From an uncultured Haloferula sp. (GTDB lineage Bacteria; Verrucomicrobiota; Verrucomicrobiia; Verrucomicrobiales; Akkermansiaceae): 60,781 nucleotides of DNA. Where the stretch lies: the NCBI GenBank assembly GCA_965652295.1, contig CBFGTS010000021.1, forward strand, positions 1 through 60,781, read 5' to 3'. Both the position numbers and the translations under genes were made by a program. Under the pieces are notes generated by a model that saw nothing but the letters and a program-made list of their open reading frames with translations, was not told the origin of the DNA and did not search any database. Shown piece by piece: positions 36,281 through 46,084 of the stretch; positions within the stretch are counted from its first letter, which is position 1; every line of letters begins with the position of its first letter.

Positions 36281-37564
36281 ATGCTCGACATCCGCGAAAT
36301 CCGCGACAACGCCGACGCCATCATCGCCCGCCTCAACACCCGCGGCGGCGATTTCGGTTCCCAGGTTCGTGACGTCCTCGCCTGCGACGAAACCCGTCGC
36401 AAGTCGGAGACCGAACAGCAGGCCCTCCTTTCCCAGCGCAAGCAGACCTCCAAACAAATCGGCATCCTCAAAGCCAAGGGCGAGGACACCTCCGCCATCG
36501 AGGCCGAGGTTCGCGGCATCAACGAGCAGATCGCCAGGCTCGAAGAGACCGTCGCCCGCACCAACACCGAACAGGAGCGCCTGCTTCAGTTCATTCCCAA
36601 TACCCCTCACGAAGCGTGCCCGGTCGGCAGCGACGAAGCCGCCAATCCGGTCGTGCGTGAGTGGGGCGAGAAACCGGGCATTGAGGCACCCAAGGACCAC
36701 CTCGAACTCGCCGAAGCGCTCGGGATGATCTCGCTCGAAGACGGAGCCCGCATCTCCGGCTCGGGCTTCGCCGTCTATCGTGGAAAAGGTGCCCGGCTCG
36801 AGCGCGCCCTCATCAATTTCCTGCTCGACCTCCAGTCCGGCGAACATGGCTACGAGGAAGTCAACGTCCCTCATGTCATCAAGCGCGAGTGCATGGAAGG
36901 CACCGGCCAGCTCCCGAAGTTCGAGGACGACATGTATGGCACCGACACCGGCGAGGACGGCCGCAGCCAGATGTTCCTGGCCCCCACCGCCGAGGTGCCG
37001 GTCACGAATCTTTTCCGCGACACCATCCTCGCCGAGGACGAGCTGCCGAAAAAGCTCTGCGCCCACACCCCCTGCTTCCGCCGCGAGGCCGGCAGCGCCG
37101 GGCGCGACAACCGCGGCATCATCCGCATGCATCAATTCGACAAGATCGAACTCGTCCAGATCGTCCACCCGGATACGTCGTTCGCCGTACTTGAAGAGCT
37201 GCTCGGCCACGCCCAGGCGGTCCTGGAAAAACTCGGGCTGCACTATCGAACCATCGAACTCTGCACCGGCGACCTCGGGTTTTCCGCCACCAAGACCTAC
37301 GACATCGAGGTCTGGGCACCCGGCCAGGGGAAATACCTCGAGGTTTCCAGCTGCTCGAATTTCGGCGACTACCAAGCCCGGCGGATGAAGCTGCGCTTCA
37401 AAGGCGAGGACAAGAAGAACCGCTTCTGCCACACCCTCAACGGCTCCGGCACCGCGCTTCCGCGCCTCTACGTCGCGATCCTCGAACAATGCCAGCAGCC
37501 CGATGGCTCGATCAAGCTGCCTGAAGCACTGGTGCCCTACTTCGGCGCGGAGGAGATCCGGTAA
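36281..37564 (+). CDS. serS: Seryl-tRNA synthetase
   Basis: MLDIREIR, GTGQLPKF, LAPTAEVP, FRREAG, HQFDKIE, EVSSCSN, HTLNGSG. Confidence 0.98.
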   Translation: MLDIREIRDNADAIIARLNTRGGDFGSQVRDVLACDETRRKSETEQQALLSQRKQTSKQIGILKAKGEDTSAIEAEVRGINEQIARLEETVARTNTEQERLLQFIPNTPHEACPVGSDEAANPVVREWGEKPGIEAPKDHLELAEALGMISLEDGARISGSGFAVYRGKGARLERALINFLLDLQSGEHGYEEVNVPHVIKRECMEGTGQLPKFEDDMYGTDTGEDGRSQMFLAPTAEVPVTNLFRDTILAEDELPKKLCAHTPCFRREAGSAGRDNRGIIRMHQFDKIELVQIVHPDTSFAVLEELLGHAQAVLEKLGLHYRTIELCTGDLGFSATKTYDIEVWAPGQGKYLEVSSCSNFGDYQARRMKLRFKGEDKKNRFCHTLNGSGTALPRLYVAILEQCQQPDGSIKLPEALVPYFGAEEIR

Positions 37565-37583
37565 AGGGGGAATCGCGGCTTTT

Positions 37584-37639
37584 ATCACATAGGTCTTATG
37601 GGTCCCATAGGACCTATGTGATGGGCCCATGGGACCTAT
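37584..37639. repeat. Palindrome of ~9-bp units between convergent serS and rph
   Basis: atcacataggtcttatggg-t-cccataggacctatgtgat (19-bp arms, one mismatch) plus further units. Confidence 0.7.
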
Positions 37640-38421
37640 TTCGAAAACGCCGCCGCGAGGTCCGCGAGCGCCGGGCCGTCCGGCCGGTCGGCTTCGAGGA
37701 TCGCCGCCTTCTGCAGCGTGAACAGCTCGCTGATCCCCTTCGTCGCCAGCTCCAGCATCGCGTTCATCTGCGCGCCGGTGAAAACCGCCTCCTCGCCGCT
37801 GCCCTGGACTTCCACGAACTCCAGCTTCTCGGTCATCACGACGTTGAAATCCACCGTCGCCGCCTTGTCCTCCGGGTAGTCGAGGTCCAACACCGGCTCG
37901 CTCTCATAAACCCCGGTGGAGATCGCCCCGACGAGTTGGTTCAGCGGGAAATCCTTCAGCTTGCCCTCTCCCATCAGCCGGTTCAGCGCGATGGCCAGAG
38001 CCACGCAGCCGCCGGTGATCGCCGCCGTACGCGTCCCACCATCCGCCTGGAGCACGTCGCAATCGACCCAGATTGTCCGCTGCCCCAGTTTTTTCAAGTC
38101 CACCACCGCTCGCAACGCGCGTCCGATGAGCCGCTGGATCTCCGAGGAACGGCCATCAAGCCTGCCCCGCGAAATGTCGCGTTGTTTCCGGTCCAGCGTC
38201 GAGTAGGGCAGCATCGAATACTCCGCCGTCACCCATCCGCCCTGGACCTTCTGAAATTTCATCCACCGCGGCACGTCCTCCTCCACCGTCGCGGCACAGA
38301 TCACCTTGGTATTGCCGAAGGAAACCAGCACCGAACCCTTGGCGTGAGGGGCGATATCGGGCGTGAAGGAAATCGGGCGAAGCTGGTCGGTACGACGGCC
38401 GCTGGGGCGCTGGAAAGACAT
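37636..38421 (-). CDS. rph: Ribonuclease PH
   Basis: GWVTAEYSMLP, GRSSEIQRLIGRALR, DCDVLQADGGTRTAAITG, LDLDYPED. Confidence 0.97.
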   Translation of the reverse strand: MSFQRPSGRRTDQLRPISFTPDIAPHAKGSVLVSFGNTKVICAATVEEDVPRWMKFQKVQGGWVTAEYSMLPYSTLDRKQRDISRGRLDGRSSEIQRLIGRALRAVVDLKKLGQRTIWVDCDVLQADGGTRTAAITGGCVALAIALNRLMGEGKLKDFPLNQLVGAISTGVYESEPVLDLDYPEDKAATVDFNVVMTEKLEFVEVQGSGEEAVFTGAQMNAMLELATKGISELFTLQKAAILEADRPDGPALADLAAAFSK

Positions 38422-38507
38422 GCCGCGGAGTGAAGGCCGCCGAGCTCCCGGTGCCAAGGGCCAAAACCACACCGCAATTACAGCACGGAGAGCGTGATGA
38501 AGCCCGT

Positions 38508-39956
38508 CTACGGTTCCGCCTCGCCCAAGGCCTCCACCACCGCGGCGAACACCTCCGGCTCCAAGCCGCGGTCCGGTTTCCCCTTCATGCAGGAGATGAA
38601 CCATTTCTGGAGCAACGTGCGCCGCTCGCGCGGAAAATCCCGTACCCGACTTTCACTCTCGCCCGTCTCGATCTTCGCCGCGTCCCGCCGGCCGTGGGCG
38701 CGATCCAGAATGCTCGCGTAACGCACCAGCATCGAGTCCAGCATCACCCACGGAAAGTTCGGACTGCTCGGCGGTCCGATCACCAAAGTACGACCTTCAC
38801 CGGACTTCATGCCGACTTTTCCCAGCCCGCTCACCTTCAGCTCCGGCAGCGCCCCACCCTTCAGAAACGCCGCCGCTCCGCCACCCAGCGCACCCAGCAC
38901 CGTTCCCGCCCCCAGACTGTGCACCCCCACGCCCAGGTCGAACGCCGCGCCCGCCGCCGCGCCGAGGCCCGCCCCCGCCGCCGCGAGCTGCCACCGGTTC
39001 AGGCCGAACTTCCGCCACGTCTCCTCCTGCTCCAGGTCCAACCCCCGGTGCCTTACCGGATCGATGTCGGCCTGCAGGAGATGGTGACGGTAGGTCTTAA
39101 GCCACCGGTCCAGACAGTCGCGCTCAAGCTTCGCCAGCTTCGTGAAATACTCCTCCACCAGCGCCGCCATCTTCCGCTCGCGGCGCGCCGGGACACCCAG
39201 ATCGCGCTCATCGAGCCCCTCCCGCGCCCGCAGCGTCAGCGCTTTTTCCAGAAAATCCACCAGAGCCTCGGCCGCATCCTCGCGCCGCTGGTCCCACTCC
39301 GCATCCATCGCCTCCAGCACCCGCTCGATCCGCTCCGCGTGCCGCTCCTCGATCTGCAGCAACGCCAGCATCAATTTACGACGTTCATCGTACCTCGCGG
39401 CATGGGCGTCGAAGGTCCGCGTCAGATTGAAGGCCGTGCCCAGCCGCTCACGCCATCCGGCTTCATAGCCGGTTTCCTCCGCCTGCGGATTCATCAGCGC
39501 CAGCCGCGGCCGACCGCTCCAGCGCAGGATTTCGATCTCCGCCAGGAACGAATCGCGCAGCGGCTTCGAAGGATCCACCACATACAACACCCCCGCCCCA
39601 CGCACCACCGGCTCGAGCAGCCGCACCTCATCGGGAAACCGGTCACCGCAAGTCTCGACGAACTCCTTCACGTCCTCCGGGCCCGGCACCCGCCCGCCCG
39701 CGATCCGCTCGATCTCGCGCATCGCCTCGACCGGCTGCTGGAAGCCCGGGGTGTCGAGGAAACGGATCCATTCCTCCCCGTCGTACTTCACCGGGAGCGC
39801 CTGCACTCCCGTCGTTTCCCCCGGCGTCGCCGAAATCCGCAGCACCGCGTCGTCGTCCACCTCCAGCAGCGTCGCCAGGGTGGACGTCTTGCCCGCGTTC
39901 ACACGACCCACCACCACGAAAGAGGGAATCTCGGGATGCCACCAGTCGTCGTTCAT
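38508..39956 (-). CDS. GTPase + DUF3482 protein
   Basis: GRVNAGKT, DTPG; Gly/Ala-rich GAAAGAAFDLGVG membrane hairpin. Confidence 0.82.
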   Translation of the reverse strand: MNDDWWHPEIPSFVVVGRVNAGKTSTLATLLEVDDDAVLRISATPGETTGVQALPVKYDGEEWIRFLDTPGFQQPVEAMREIERIAGGRVPGPEDVKEFVETCGDRFPDEVRLLEPVVRGAGVLYVVDPSKPLRDSFLAEIEILRWSGRPRLALMNPQAEETGYEAGWRERLGTAFNLTRTFDAHAARYDERRKLMLALLQIEERHAERIERVLEAMDAEWDQRREDAAEALVDFLEKALTLRAREGLDERDLGVPARRERKMAALVEEYFTKLAKLERDCLDRWLKTYRHHLLQADIDPVRHRGLDLEQEETWRKFGLNRWQLAAAGAGLGAAAGAAFDLGVGVHSLGAGTVLGALGGGAAAFLKGGALPELKVSGLGKVGMKSGEGRTLVIGPPSSPNFPWVMLDSMLVRYASILDRAHGRRDAAKIETGESESRVRDFPRERRTLLQKWFISCMKGKPDRGLEPEVFAAVVEALGEAEP

Positions 39957-41269
39957 GGCGCTTCAAAAAACCAAAGTTCCGGCGCTTCGCCCGCCTTGCG
40001 GCCGTCGATGAAACGCTCCCACTCCGCCCGCTCCGCCGCGGTCGGCTCCGTCATCCCGCCCGGCTCGGGATTCCCCACGACCAGCGCCACCCGACGCCCC
40101 TCCGCTACCTTGCCGATCTCCTCCAGCGCCTTCTCCAGCGATCGCGGTGCCAGCGACCACGCCTCCGCCACCAGCACGATCCCCGCCGGGGCTTTCGCCA
40201 GTGCCGCGCGTGCCGCCTCCTCGCGTCCCTCATCCATCACGCCCAGCGTTTCCCAGCCGGTCGGATTCATCCGCAGCTTCTGCAGCAAAAACGGCCGTAG
40301 CGCCTCATGCTCCGGCTCCGCGCCCAGCGCGATCACCAACGCGCCATCCACCGGTCCCTTCGGTTCCTCCCCGCGCGAAACCTGCGTCATCGCCCGCCAC
40401 AGCTTGCGATGCGCCGGCGCTTGGAACGTCAGCCGTTTCAGTGCGCGCGCCTCGTTCGCCCGCGCCCAGATCGAGAGCAGCAACCGTGGAAACACGCCCC
40501 ACACCAGCAGCACCATCAACGAGAACGGCCACCAGCCATGGCCACCCCTCATCCACGACGCCGTCACCTCCGAAGCCGCCACATCCGGCACCAGCGTCGG
40601 CAGCGCCCATTTCCACGGCGCGGATAGTACTTCCACCGCGCCTTCGAGAAATCCACGCATCGCCACCTGCGTCGTCGATTCCCAGAAAAACCCGACCCGC
40701 TTCACCAGCACCATCGTCGCCAGCCCGGCCAGCGCCCCGGCATGGAACGAAGCCGCCACCATCTGCGTGACCGATGCCAGCCGCCAGCCGATCACCCGCG
40801 CCAGCTCACCGCTGCGGCGCACCCGCTCGATCGCTTCCCGCGTTTCCTCGCCGAGGAACTTCAACGATCCCTTCTCCGCCAGCCAGCCGATCACGCCGCC
40901 GCCCGGAATCCGCCCGCGCATCAACCACAGCAGGACCGCCAGCAGCATGAAAAGCCACGGCACCACCAAGGTCACGCCGAGCATCCACACCACGTTCACC
41001 CCCCGCGTTTCCAAATCCAGCACTCCCCACACCGCCCCCGCTCCGACCGCCGCCATCAGCACCATCAGCAGAAATCCGATCCCGCCCAGCGCGCCAAGAA
41101 ACCGCCCGCCGATGCCCGCCGTTTCCCGCCCGGAAAGCCACGACTTCATCGCCGCCGCCCGGGATTTCCCCGAAACCCGCTCCGGCCTGGCGCCATCCCA
41201 CGCCGACACCGCCGCCTCGAAGTCCATCAACTCCGCCAGCGTCCATCGGTCCTCGCGCGCATCCGCCAC
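39953..41269 (-). CDS. DUF2868-domain membrane protein
   Basis: VNV, FFWESTT, APW, WWPF..VWGVFPRLLL; ATGA overlap with the DUF3482 gene; GTG start inferred. Confidence 0.78.
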   Translation of the reverse strand: MADAREDRWTLAELMDFEAAVSAWDGARPERVSGKSRAAAMKSWLSGRETAGIGGRFLGALGGIGFLLMVLMAAVGAGAVWGVLDLETRGVNVVWMLGVTLVVPWLFMLLAVLLWLMRGRIPGGGVIGWLAEKGSLKFLGEETREAIERVRRSGELARVIGWRLASVTQMVAASFHAGALAGLATMVLVKRVGFFWESTTQVAMRGFLEGAVEVLSAPWKWALPTLVPDVAASEVTASWMRGGHGWWPFSLMVLLVWGVFPRLLLSIWARANEARALKRLTFQAPAHRKLWRAMTQVSRGEEPKGPVDGALVIALGAEPEHEALRPFLLQKLRMNPTGWETLGVMDEGREEAARAALAKAPAGIVLVAEAWSLAPRSLEKALEEIGKVAEGRRVALVVGNPEPGGMTEPTAAERAEWERFIDGRKAGEAPELWFFEAP

Positions 41270-41342
41270 GTCCCCAATTTCGCCAAGCACGCCCCGCTGG
41301 CAAGCCTCCGTGCCACCCGCAGCTGCTACGGACGAGATCCTT

Positions 41343-41368
41343 GGAGGTGGGACGCCCTCGTCCCACAA
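41343..41368. repeat. Inverted repeat, left copy
   Basis: ggaggtgggacgccctcgtcccacaa; 24/26 match to the reverse complement of 42744-42769. Confidence 0.75.
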
Positions 41369-41577
41369 CCCTCGCAGCGCCGCCGATCCCGTCAATCAAC
41401 CTCGCACCATCGCGGATCCTCCACGGAGGAACCGGAGCAGCATAGGGACGTGCGATTCGCCCGCCAATCCGCCCTCCTTTCCTCCCCCCCTAGGAAATTC
41501 AATCTGCGAGAACCGGCCGCCGACCGACTCAAGAAGGGGAAGCCAGTTGTCCATCCACGCCTTGCTGTACTTCTTGT

Positions 41578-42021
41578 TTAGAATGGCGGCATCGCAACAG
41601 GAGCCACCCGATCAAGCCAGCCGAACTCAAGCTCCGCCCTCTGCGCGGCCGGATCCACGGAAATCACACGCACGCTCTCGTTGTTCCCGAGGGGATGCGA
41701 ACCTTTCATGTGCGGGCGGCCTGTTGTTGAATAGAATGTGGATGCAGTGGGACCCGACGATTGCCTGCGAAGGCTCACCCCATCGGCCGCAACCTGTGAT
41801 AGTTCATAACCCCGATAAACCTCTCCTCTCCTCAGGGTTACCTCCTCATCATCGTAGTGGTATACTTCACAGGAAGACGTAAGCATCGAAAGCGCTGCGC
41901 CTACCAGCAACGTCGATCCCCTCCTACGCCTGAGTGGGATGGACTTCGACTGCGGGTTGAGGTTGTAACCGGTCAACGGCTGGAACTGGCGGCGGTTCAG
42001 GCGTTTGGGCGGACGTTTCAT
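41578..42021 (-). CDS. Hypothetical lipoprotein-like protein (start uncertain)
   Basis: LLVGAALSMLTSSC lipobox-like stretch; atypical codon usage. Confidence 0.45.
   Translation of the reverse strand: MKRPPKRLNRRQFQPLTGYNLNPQSKSIPLRRRRGSTLLVGAALSMLTSSCEVYHYDDEEVTLRRGEVYRGYELSQVAADGVSLRRQSSGPTASTFYSTTGRPHMKGSHPLGNNESVRVISVDPAAQRAELEFGWLDRVAPVAMPPF
41909..42017 (-). other. attC-like imperfect palindrome
   Basis: Minus strand AACGTC..ACGCCTGA-(spacer)-TCAGGCGT..GACGTT starting right after the upstream stop codon. Confidence 0.4.
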
Positions 42022-42476
42022 TCGCTTTGGTCCTGTTCTCTTGGGCTGATCGTTCTCAGCGTGTCAGTCTGAGGAAAGCGAGCCCATTCAGGTCTCCCCC
42101 ATGCGTGTTCAATATTGCTCAAAACCAGCTTCCGAATCTTGGGCTCTTCAGCGGCCAATCTCTTCGCGAAATCCGCATCACCCCAAAGGCACATCAGATT
42201 GATCAAATTCCCGCAGTGGGTCTCTCCGCCCTCACCAACAAACTGCATCTTGAATAGTTCTGAAAGCGCCTTTGGGTTGAGCGTGATCGCATTCCGGAAA
42301 GTCATTCGATAGTCGATGCCGTCAAGTCGCGCCTGGGCATAGATGCTACCGGGATACTCCTCCATCACCGCATCACGCTCCAGCAAGCGTCGCGCCTCGG
42401 CCTGGTCAGGCGCTGGGTCAGCAAATGCCCATCCCAGCGCGATATAAGCGAGCAGTGAAATGCAGAGAGGCTTCAT
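42018..42476 (-). CDS. Hypothetical exported protein
   Basis: MKPLCISLLAYIALGWAFA signal; ATG 42476; atypical codon usage. Confidence 0.65.
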   Translation of the reverse strand: MKPLCISLLAYIALGWAFADPAPDQAEARRLLERDAVMEEYPGSIYAQARLDGIDYRMTFRNAITLNPKALSELFKMQFVGEGGETHCGNLINLMCLWGDADFAKRLAAEEPKIRKLVLSNIEHAWGRPEWARFPQTDTLRTISPREQDQSE

Positions 42477-42743
42477 TCTGTGGTGAGCATCAAAGGACAC
42501 AGGACCCTGACCGGGGCGAGGCTTCGACTGCGTCCGCCGGCGGGGATTGCGGAGGTGCGAGGGTGACAGAAGAGACACTGGGCATCAACGATTTCCATCG
42601 CCATCCCGGCGACTTCCGGTAGGACCCGATCGGTTCCCGACGCTGGATCCTTCGGAATGTTGCGAAAGCCAGTTTTCAAGAGAGTAGGTTAGGCGCATTT
42701 TTGAGCGGCTCTACTTCAGGGACGAGGAGGCGGGCTGCCGGGA

Positions 42744-42769
42744 TTGTGGGACGGGGGCGTCCCATCTCC
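42744..42769. repeat. Inverted repeat, right copy
   Basis: ttgtgggacgggggcgtcccatctcc. Confidence 0.75.
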
Positions 42770-42979
42770 TATCGGGTAAGCTTCCTATCGAGGAGGAGAG
42801 AAGATCCACGACCAGGCGATGCCGAATTCCTATTCGGCGCTCCTTGCATGACCGATGGGAGCTGGGGACCCGCGCCGCTGGCAAGCCCCGCGCTTTATTC
42901 CCTTCCCCAATTCCTCAATCCCCTTAATCCGTGGTTCCCCCCTCCTCTTCATCCGCCGTGAACCAAGCCGAACCATGGA

Positions 42980-43792
42980 TCACGCAGCTGGCAAGCCCCC
43001 GAATAGCTCGTCGGGCTCGAAGGCGACATCGCAGGGCGGGGCTTCCTGGTGCCAGCCGCAGGGTTCGTCCTGGCCGGCACAGCACACGGGCAAACCACAG
43101 GCACCCACGGCGGCGATCGCGACCTCGGGCTTGTTGCAATCGCGGCTGAGATGGCCGAGCACCACCCGCTTCAAGCCATCCGCCACCAGGCCGCCGACGA
43201 ATTCCGCCACCTGCGCGTTGGAAAGATGGCCGTGGCGCGAGGAAATCCGCTGCTTGGTGCTCCACGGGCGTTTCATGTCCGCCTCAAGCAGCGCGTCATC
43301 GTAGTTCGCCTCCACGAAAAGGCTCTCCACCCCGCGCAACCGCTGGATCATCTGAGCGGTGATGTGCCCGGTATCGCTGACCAGCCCGAACGACCGCTCC
43401 GCGGCACGAAACACGTAACCGACCGGCTCCACCGCATCGTGCGGGACCGCGAAGCTCTCCACCTCCAGCCCGGAGATCGAGAACCGGCCGCCGCTTTCGA
43501 AAATCCTCCACCGGATCTCGCCCAGCCCTTCCCGCACCACATGCGAGGTCGAGGGTGTGGCATACACCGGCACTTGCAGCGATTTCATCAGCACCCGCAG
43601 GCCGCGGATGTGATCGCCGTGCTCGTGAGTCAGCAGGATGGCGTCGAGCGATTCCGGCGCGATGCCCATCGCCGCCAGCCGCAGGCAGATCTGCTTGGCG
43701 GAAAGCCCGGCATCCACCAGCACCCGCACGCCCCCGGCCTCGATCACCGTGGCGTTTCCTCCGCTCCCACTTCCGAGCACCGCGAACCGCAT
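42980..43792 (-). CDS. MBL-fold metallohydrolase (YycJ/WalJ-like)
   Basis: LGSGSGGN, DAG, THEHGDH, HDA, SDTG, EANYD, GHLSN, HLS. Confidence 0.92.
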   Translation of the reverse strand: MRFAVLGSGSGGNATVIEAGGVRVLVDAGLSAKQICLRLAAMGIAPESLDAILLTHEHGDHIRGLRVLMKSLQVPVYATPSTSHVVREGLGEIRWRIFESGGRFSISGLEVESFAVPHDAVEPVGYVFRAAERSFGLVSDTGHITAQMIQRLRGVESLFVEANYDDALLEADMKRPWSTKQRISSRHGHLSNAQVAEFVGGLVADGLKRVVLGHLSRDCNKPEVAIAAVGACGLPVCCAGQDEPCGWHQEAPPCDVAFEPDELFGGLPAA

Positions 43793-44122
43793 GCCCCCGA
43801 CCATCCCGGATCACCCCCGGCCGGGCCAAGGACAAACTTGGGCGGAGGCGAGAGTCCCGGGGATTCTGGATCAGGATGGAAAAGATGCCTGTTTCACGGG
43901 TCGGCCGGACCAACGGAACCCCGTAAACGGGGAACTACATACAGATCGGACGGACGTCGGCGACACGGAGGTTCCAAACAGTGACCTCCGTCTGCTCCGT
44001 TCCTCCGTGACCTGAGAAAAGCCGGAAACCTCTCCGCGGCAGTCCCACCCAAGGAACGCCTTTCCCCTTGGGAAAATCACGCTATCTTGCGCCGTTTGTA
44101 CCCACCTGACCCCTCGTTTTCC

Positions 44123-45226
44123 ATGAACCCGATGTCCCGCCGCCATTTCGCCCGCCTCGGAGCCGCCACCGCGCTGGCTCCCTATCTTTCGCTCCGCGCC
44201 CAAGAAACCGGGGACCGCAAGCTCGGCGTCGCCCTGCTCGGTCTCGGCCACTACGCCACTCACCAGCTCGCCCCCGCCCTTCAGGAAACGAAGCACGCCC
44301 GGCTCACCGGCATCATCACCGGCTCGCCGGAGAAAATCCCCAAGTGGCAGGACAAATACGGGATCCCCGATGGCAACGTCTACAACTACGACAACCTCGA
44401 CGAGATCGCCGACAACAAGGACATCGACATCGTCTACGTGGTCACGCCCACCGGCCTCCACGATGAGTTCACCATCCGCGCCGCGAACGCCGGCAAGCAC
44501 GTCATTTCCGAGAAACCCATGGCTGCAACCGTCGAGGACTGCACGCGCATGATCGAGGCGGCGGAAAAAAACGACGTCATCCTGCAGATCGGCTATCGCC
44601 TGCACTGGGACCCGTTCCACCTGCGGTTGATGGAGGCGATGAAGAAGGAGGAATTCGGCCCGTGGAAATCGATCTCGGCGGCGGATGGCTCGCGCATGGA
44701 GAACTTCACCGGGCACAACAAGTGGCGGATCGGCAAGGAACTCGGCATCGCCGGCGCGCTCTACGATCTCGGCGTCTACGCCGTGCAGGGCCAGCTCTAC
44801 GGTGCCCAGGCGCGGCCGGTCCGCGTGACCGCGAAGCACATGACCGAGCGCAAGGAGATCTTCGACGAAGTGCCGGAGACCTACGAGTGGACGCTGGAAT
44901 TCGAGGACGGCCGCAAGGCCGACGGCTGGTCGAGCTACGGCAAATCGGGAAACTGGCTCAAGGTCGAGACCGAAGAGGGCTTGATCGAGATCCAGCCCGC
45001 CTACGGATACGGCGGCCAGAAAGGCAGCACACCGGACGGGTCGATGGATTTCAGGCACGTCAACCAGCAGGCGCTCCAGATCGACGGTCAGGCGCTGGCC
45101 ATCCTCAAGGGCGAGGCCAGCAGGGTTCCCGGCGAGATGGGTCGACGCGACATCCGCGTGATCCGCGGCATCATGGAAGCAGCCGATTCCGGCAAGCCTT
45201 ACGAATTCGGGGAATTCCTCTATTAG
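44123..45226 (+). CDS. Gfo/Idh/MocA oxidoreductase (glucose-fructose oxidoreductase-like) with a Tat signal
   Basis: SRRHF; GLGHYA, DIVYVVTP, GKHVISEKPMA, IGYRL, GALYDLGVY. Confidence 0.9.
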   Translation: MNPMSRRHFARLGAATALAPYLSLRAQETGDRKLGVALLGLGHYATHQLAPALQETKHARLTGIITGSPEKIPKWQDKYGIPDGNVYNYDNLDEIADNKDIDIVYVVTPTGLHDEFTIRAANAGKHVISEKPMAATVEDCTRMIEAAEKNDVILQIGYRLHWDPFHLRLMEAMKKEEFGPWKSISAADGSRMENFTGHNKWRIGKELGIAGALYDLGVYAVQGQLYGAQARPVRVTAKHMTERKEIFDEVPETYEWTLEFEDGRKADGWSSYGKSGNWLKVETEEGLIEIQPAYGYGGQKGSTPDGSMDFRHVNQQALQIDGQALAILKGEASRVPGEMGRRDIRVIRGIMEAADSGKPYEFGEFLY

Positions 45227-45538
45227 AAGACGGCGGCCCAGATCGAGCGGGTCAGGTCCGGAGCACCTACCGCAGCGTGATCAAGTTCGAGAGGGTAATG
45301 GCCCAAGATGAACGGGATCCATAGGATGGACGGATACCAGTGTGCCTGGGTCTGACTGCTTGCCACTCAAATCAGCGTCCCTTTTTCAACCACCATCCCA
45401 TCCATCCTTCTTATCCCCTCCATCCTGATTTCAAAATCCCCAGGGGGGTTCGCCCAACCCTTGCCCGGTCTTGATCGCCCTGCCGGTCCCGCCTTTTCGC
45501 TTTCCTAATCCCGGTCGCCATCCTATCACCTCGCCGCC

Positions 45539-45646
45539 ATGACCCGCCCGCAGATCGAACTGAGCATCAAAGTTTTCATCGTGCTCCTGCTCATCGCATT
45601 CACCGGTGCCTGCATCCACGTTTTGCGGATGCTCGGGGTGCTTTGA
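45539..45646 (+). CDS. Small single-TM protein (35 aa)
   Basis: MTRPQIELSIKVFIVLLLIAFTGACIHVLRMLGVL; host-like codons; 18 nt before the thioesterase. Confidence 0.55.
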   Translation: MTRPQIELSIKVFIVLLLIAFTGACIHVLRMLGVL

Positions 45647-45664
45647 CGCCCCTCGGCAGTTCCC

Positions 45665-46084
45665 ATGTCCACGCCGGCCATCGAAATCCGTCACCTTGTC
45701 GAGTTCCACGAGACCGACATGGCGGGGATCGTGCATTTCTCGAATTTCTTCCGCTACATGGAGAAATGCGAGCACGCCTTGGCCCGCAGCATCGACCCCG
45801 GCCTCGACTTTCTGACGCCGACCCCGGAGAGCGCCTGGCCACGGGTTCACGCAAGCTGTGACTACCGCCAGCCGGCGCGCTTCGGCGAGGAACTGTCGAT
45901 CCGACAGTTCGTGGTCGATGTCCGTCGATCGTCCGTCCGCTACCGATTCGAGATCCTGCGCGGCGAAACCCTCCTCGCCGAGAGCCAGCTTGTCATCGCC
46001 CACGTCAAACGCGAAGGCGATCGGTTCGTGGCGACACCTCTTCCCGAGCCGATCCGCGAGAAACTCCAGGCGTTTCTCGTCTAG
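45665..46084 (+). CDS. Acyl-CoA thioesterase (4HBT/YbgC family)
   Basis: VEFHETDMAGIVHFSNFFRYME, WPRVHASCDY. Confidence 0.9.
   Translation: MSTPAIEIRHLVEFHETDMAGIVHFSNFFRYMEKCEHALARSIDPGLDFLTPTPESAWPRVHASCDYRQPARFGEELSIRQFVVDVRRSSVRYRFEILRGETLLAESQLVIAHVKREGDRFVATPLPEPIREKLQAFLV

Noticed and set aside
38430..41882. 1150-aa plus-strand ORF
   Set aside because: Antisense shadow of the DUF3482/DUF2868 genes; low-complexity R/P/S/A translation with no motifs.
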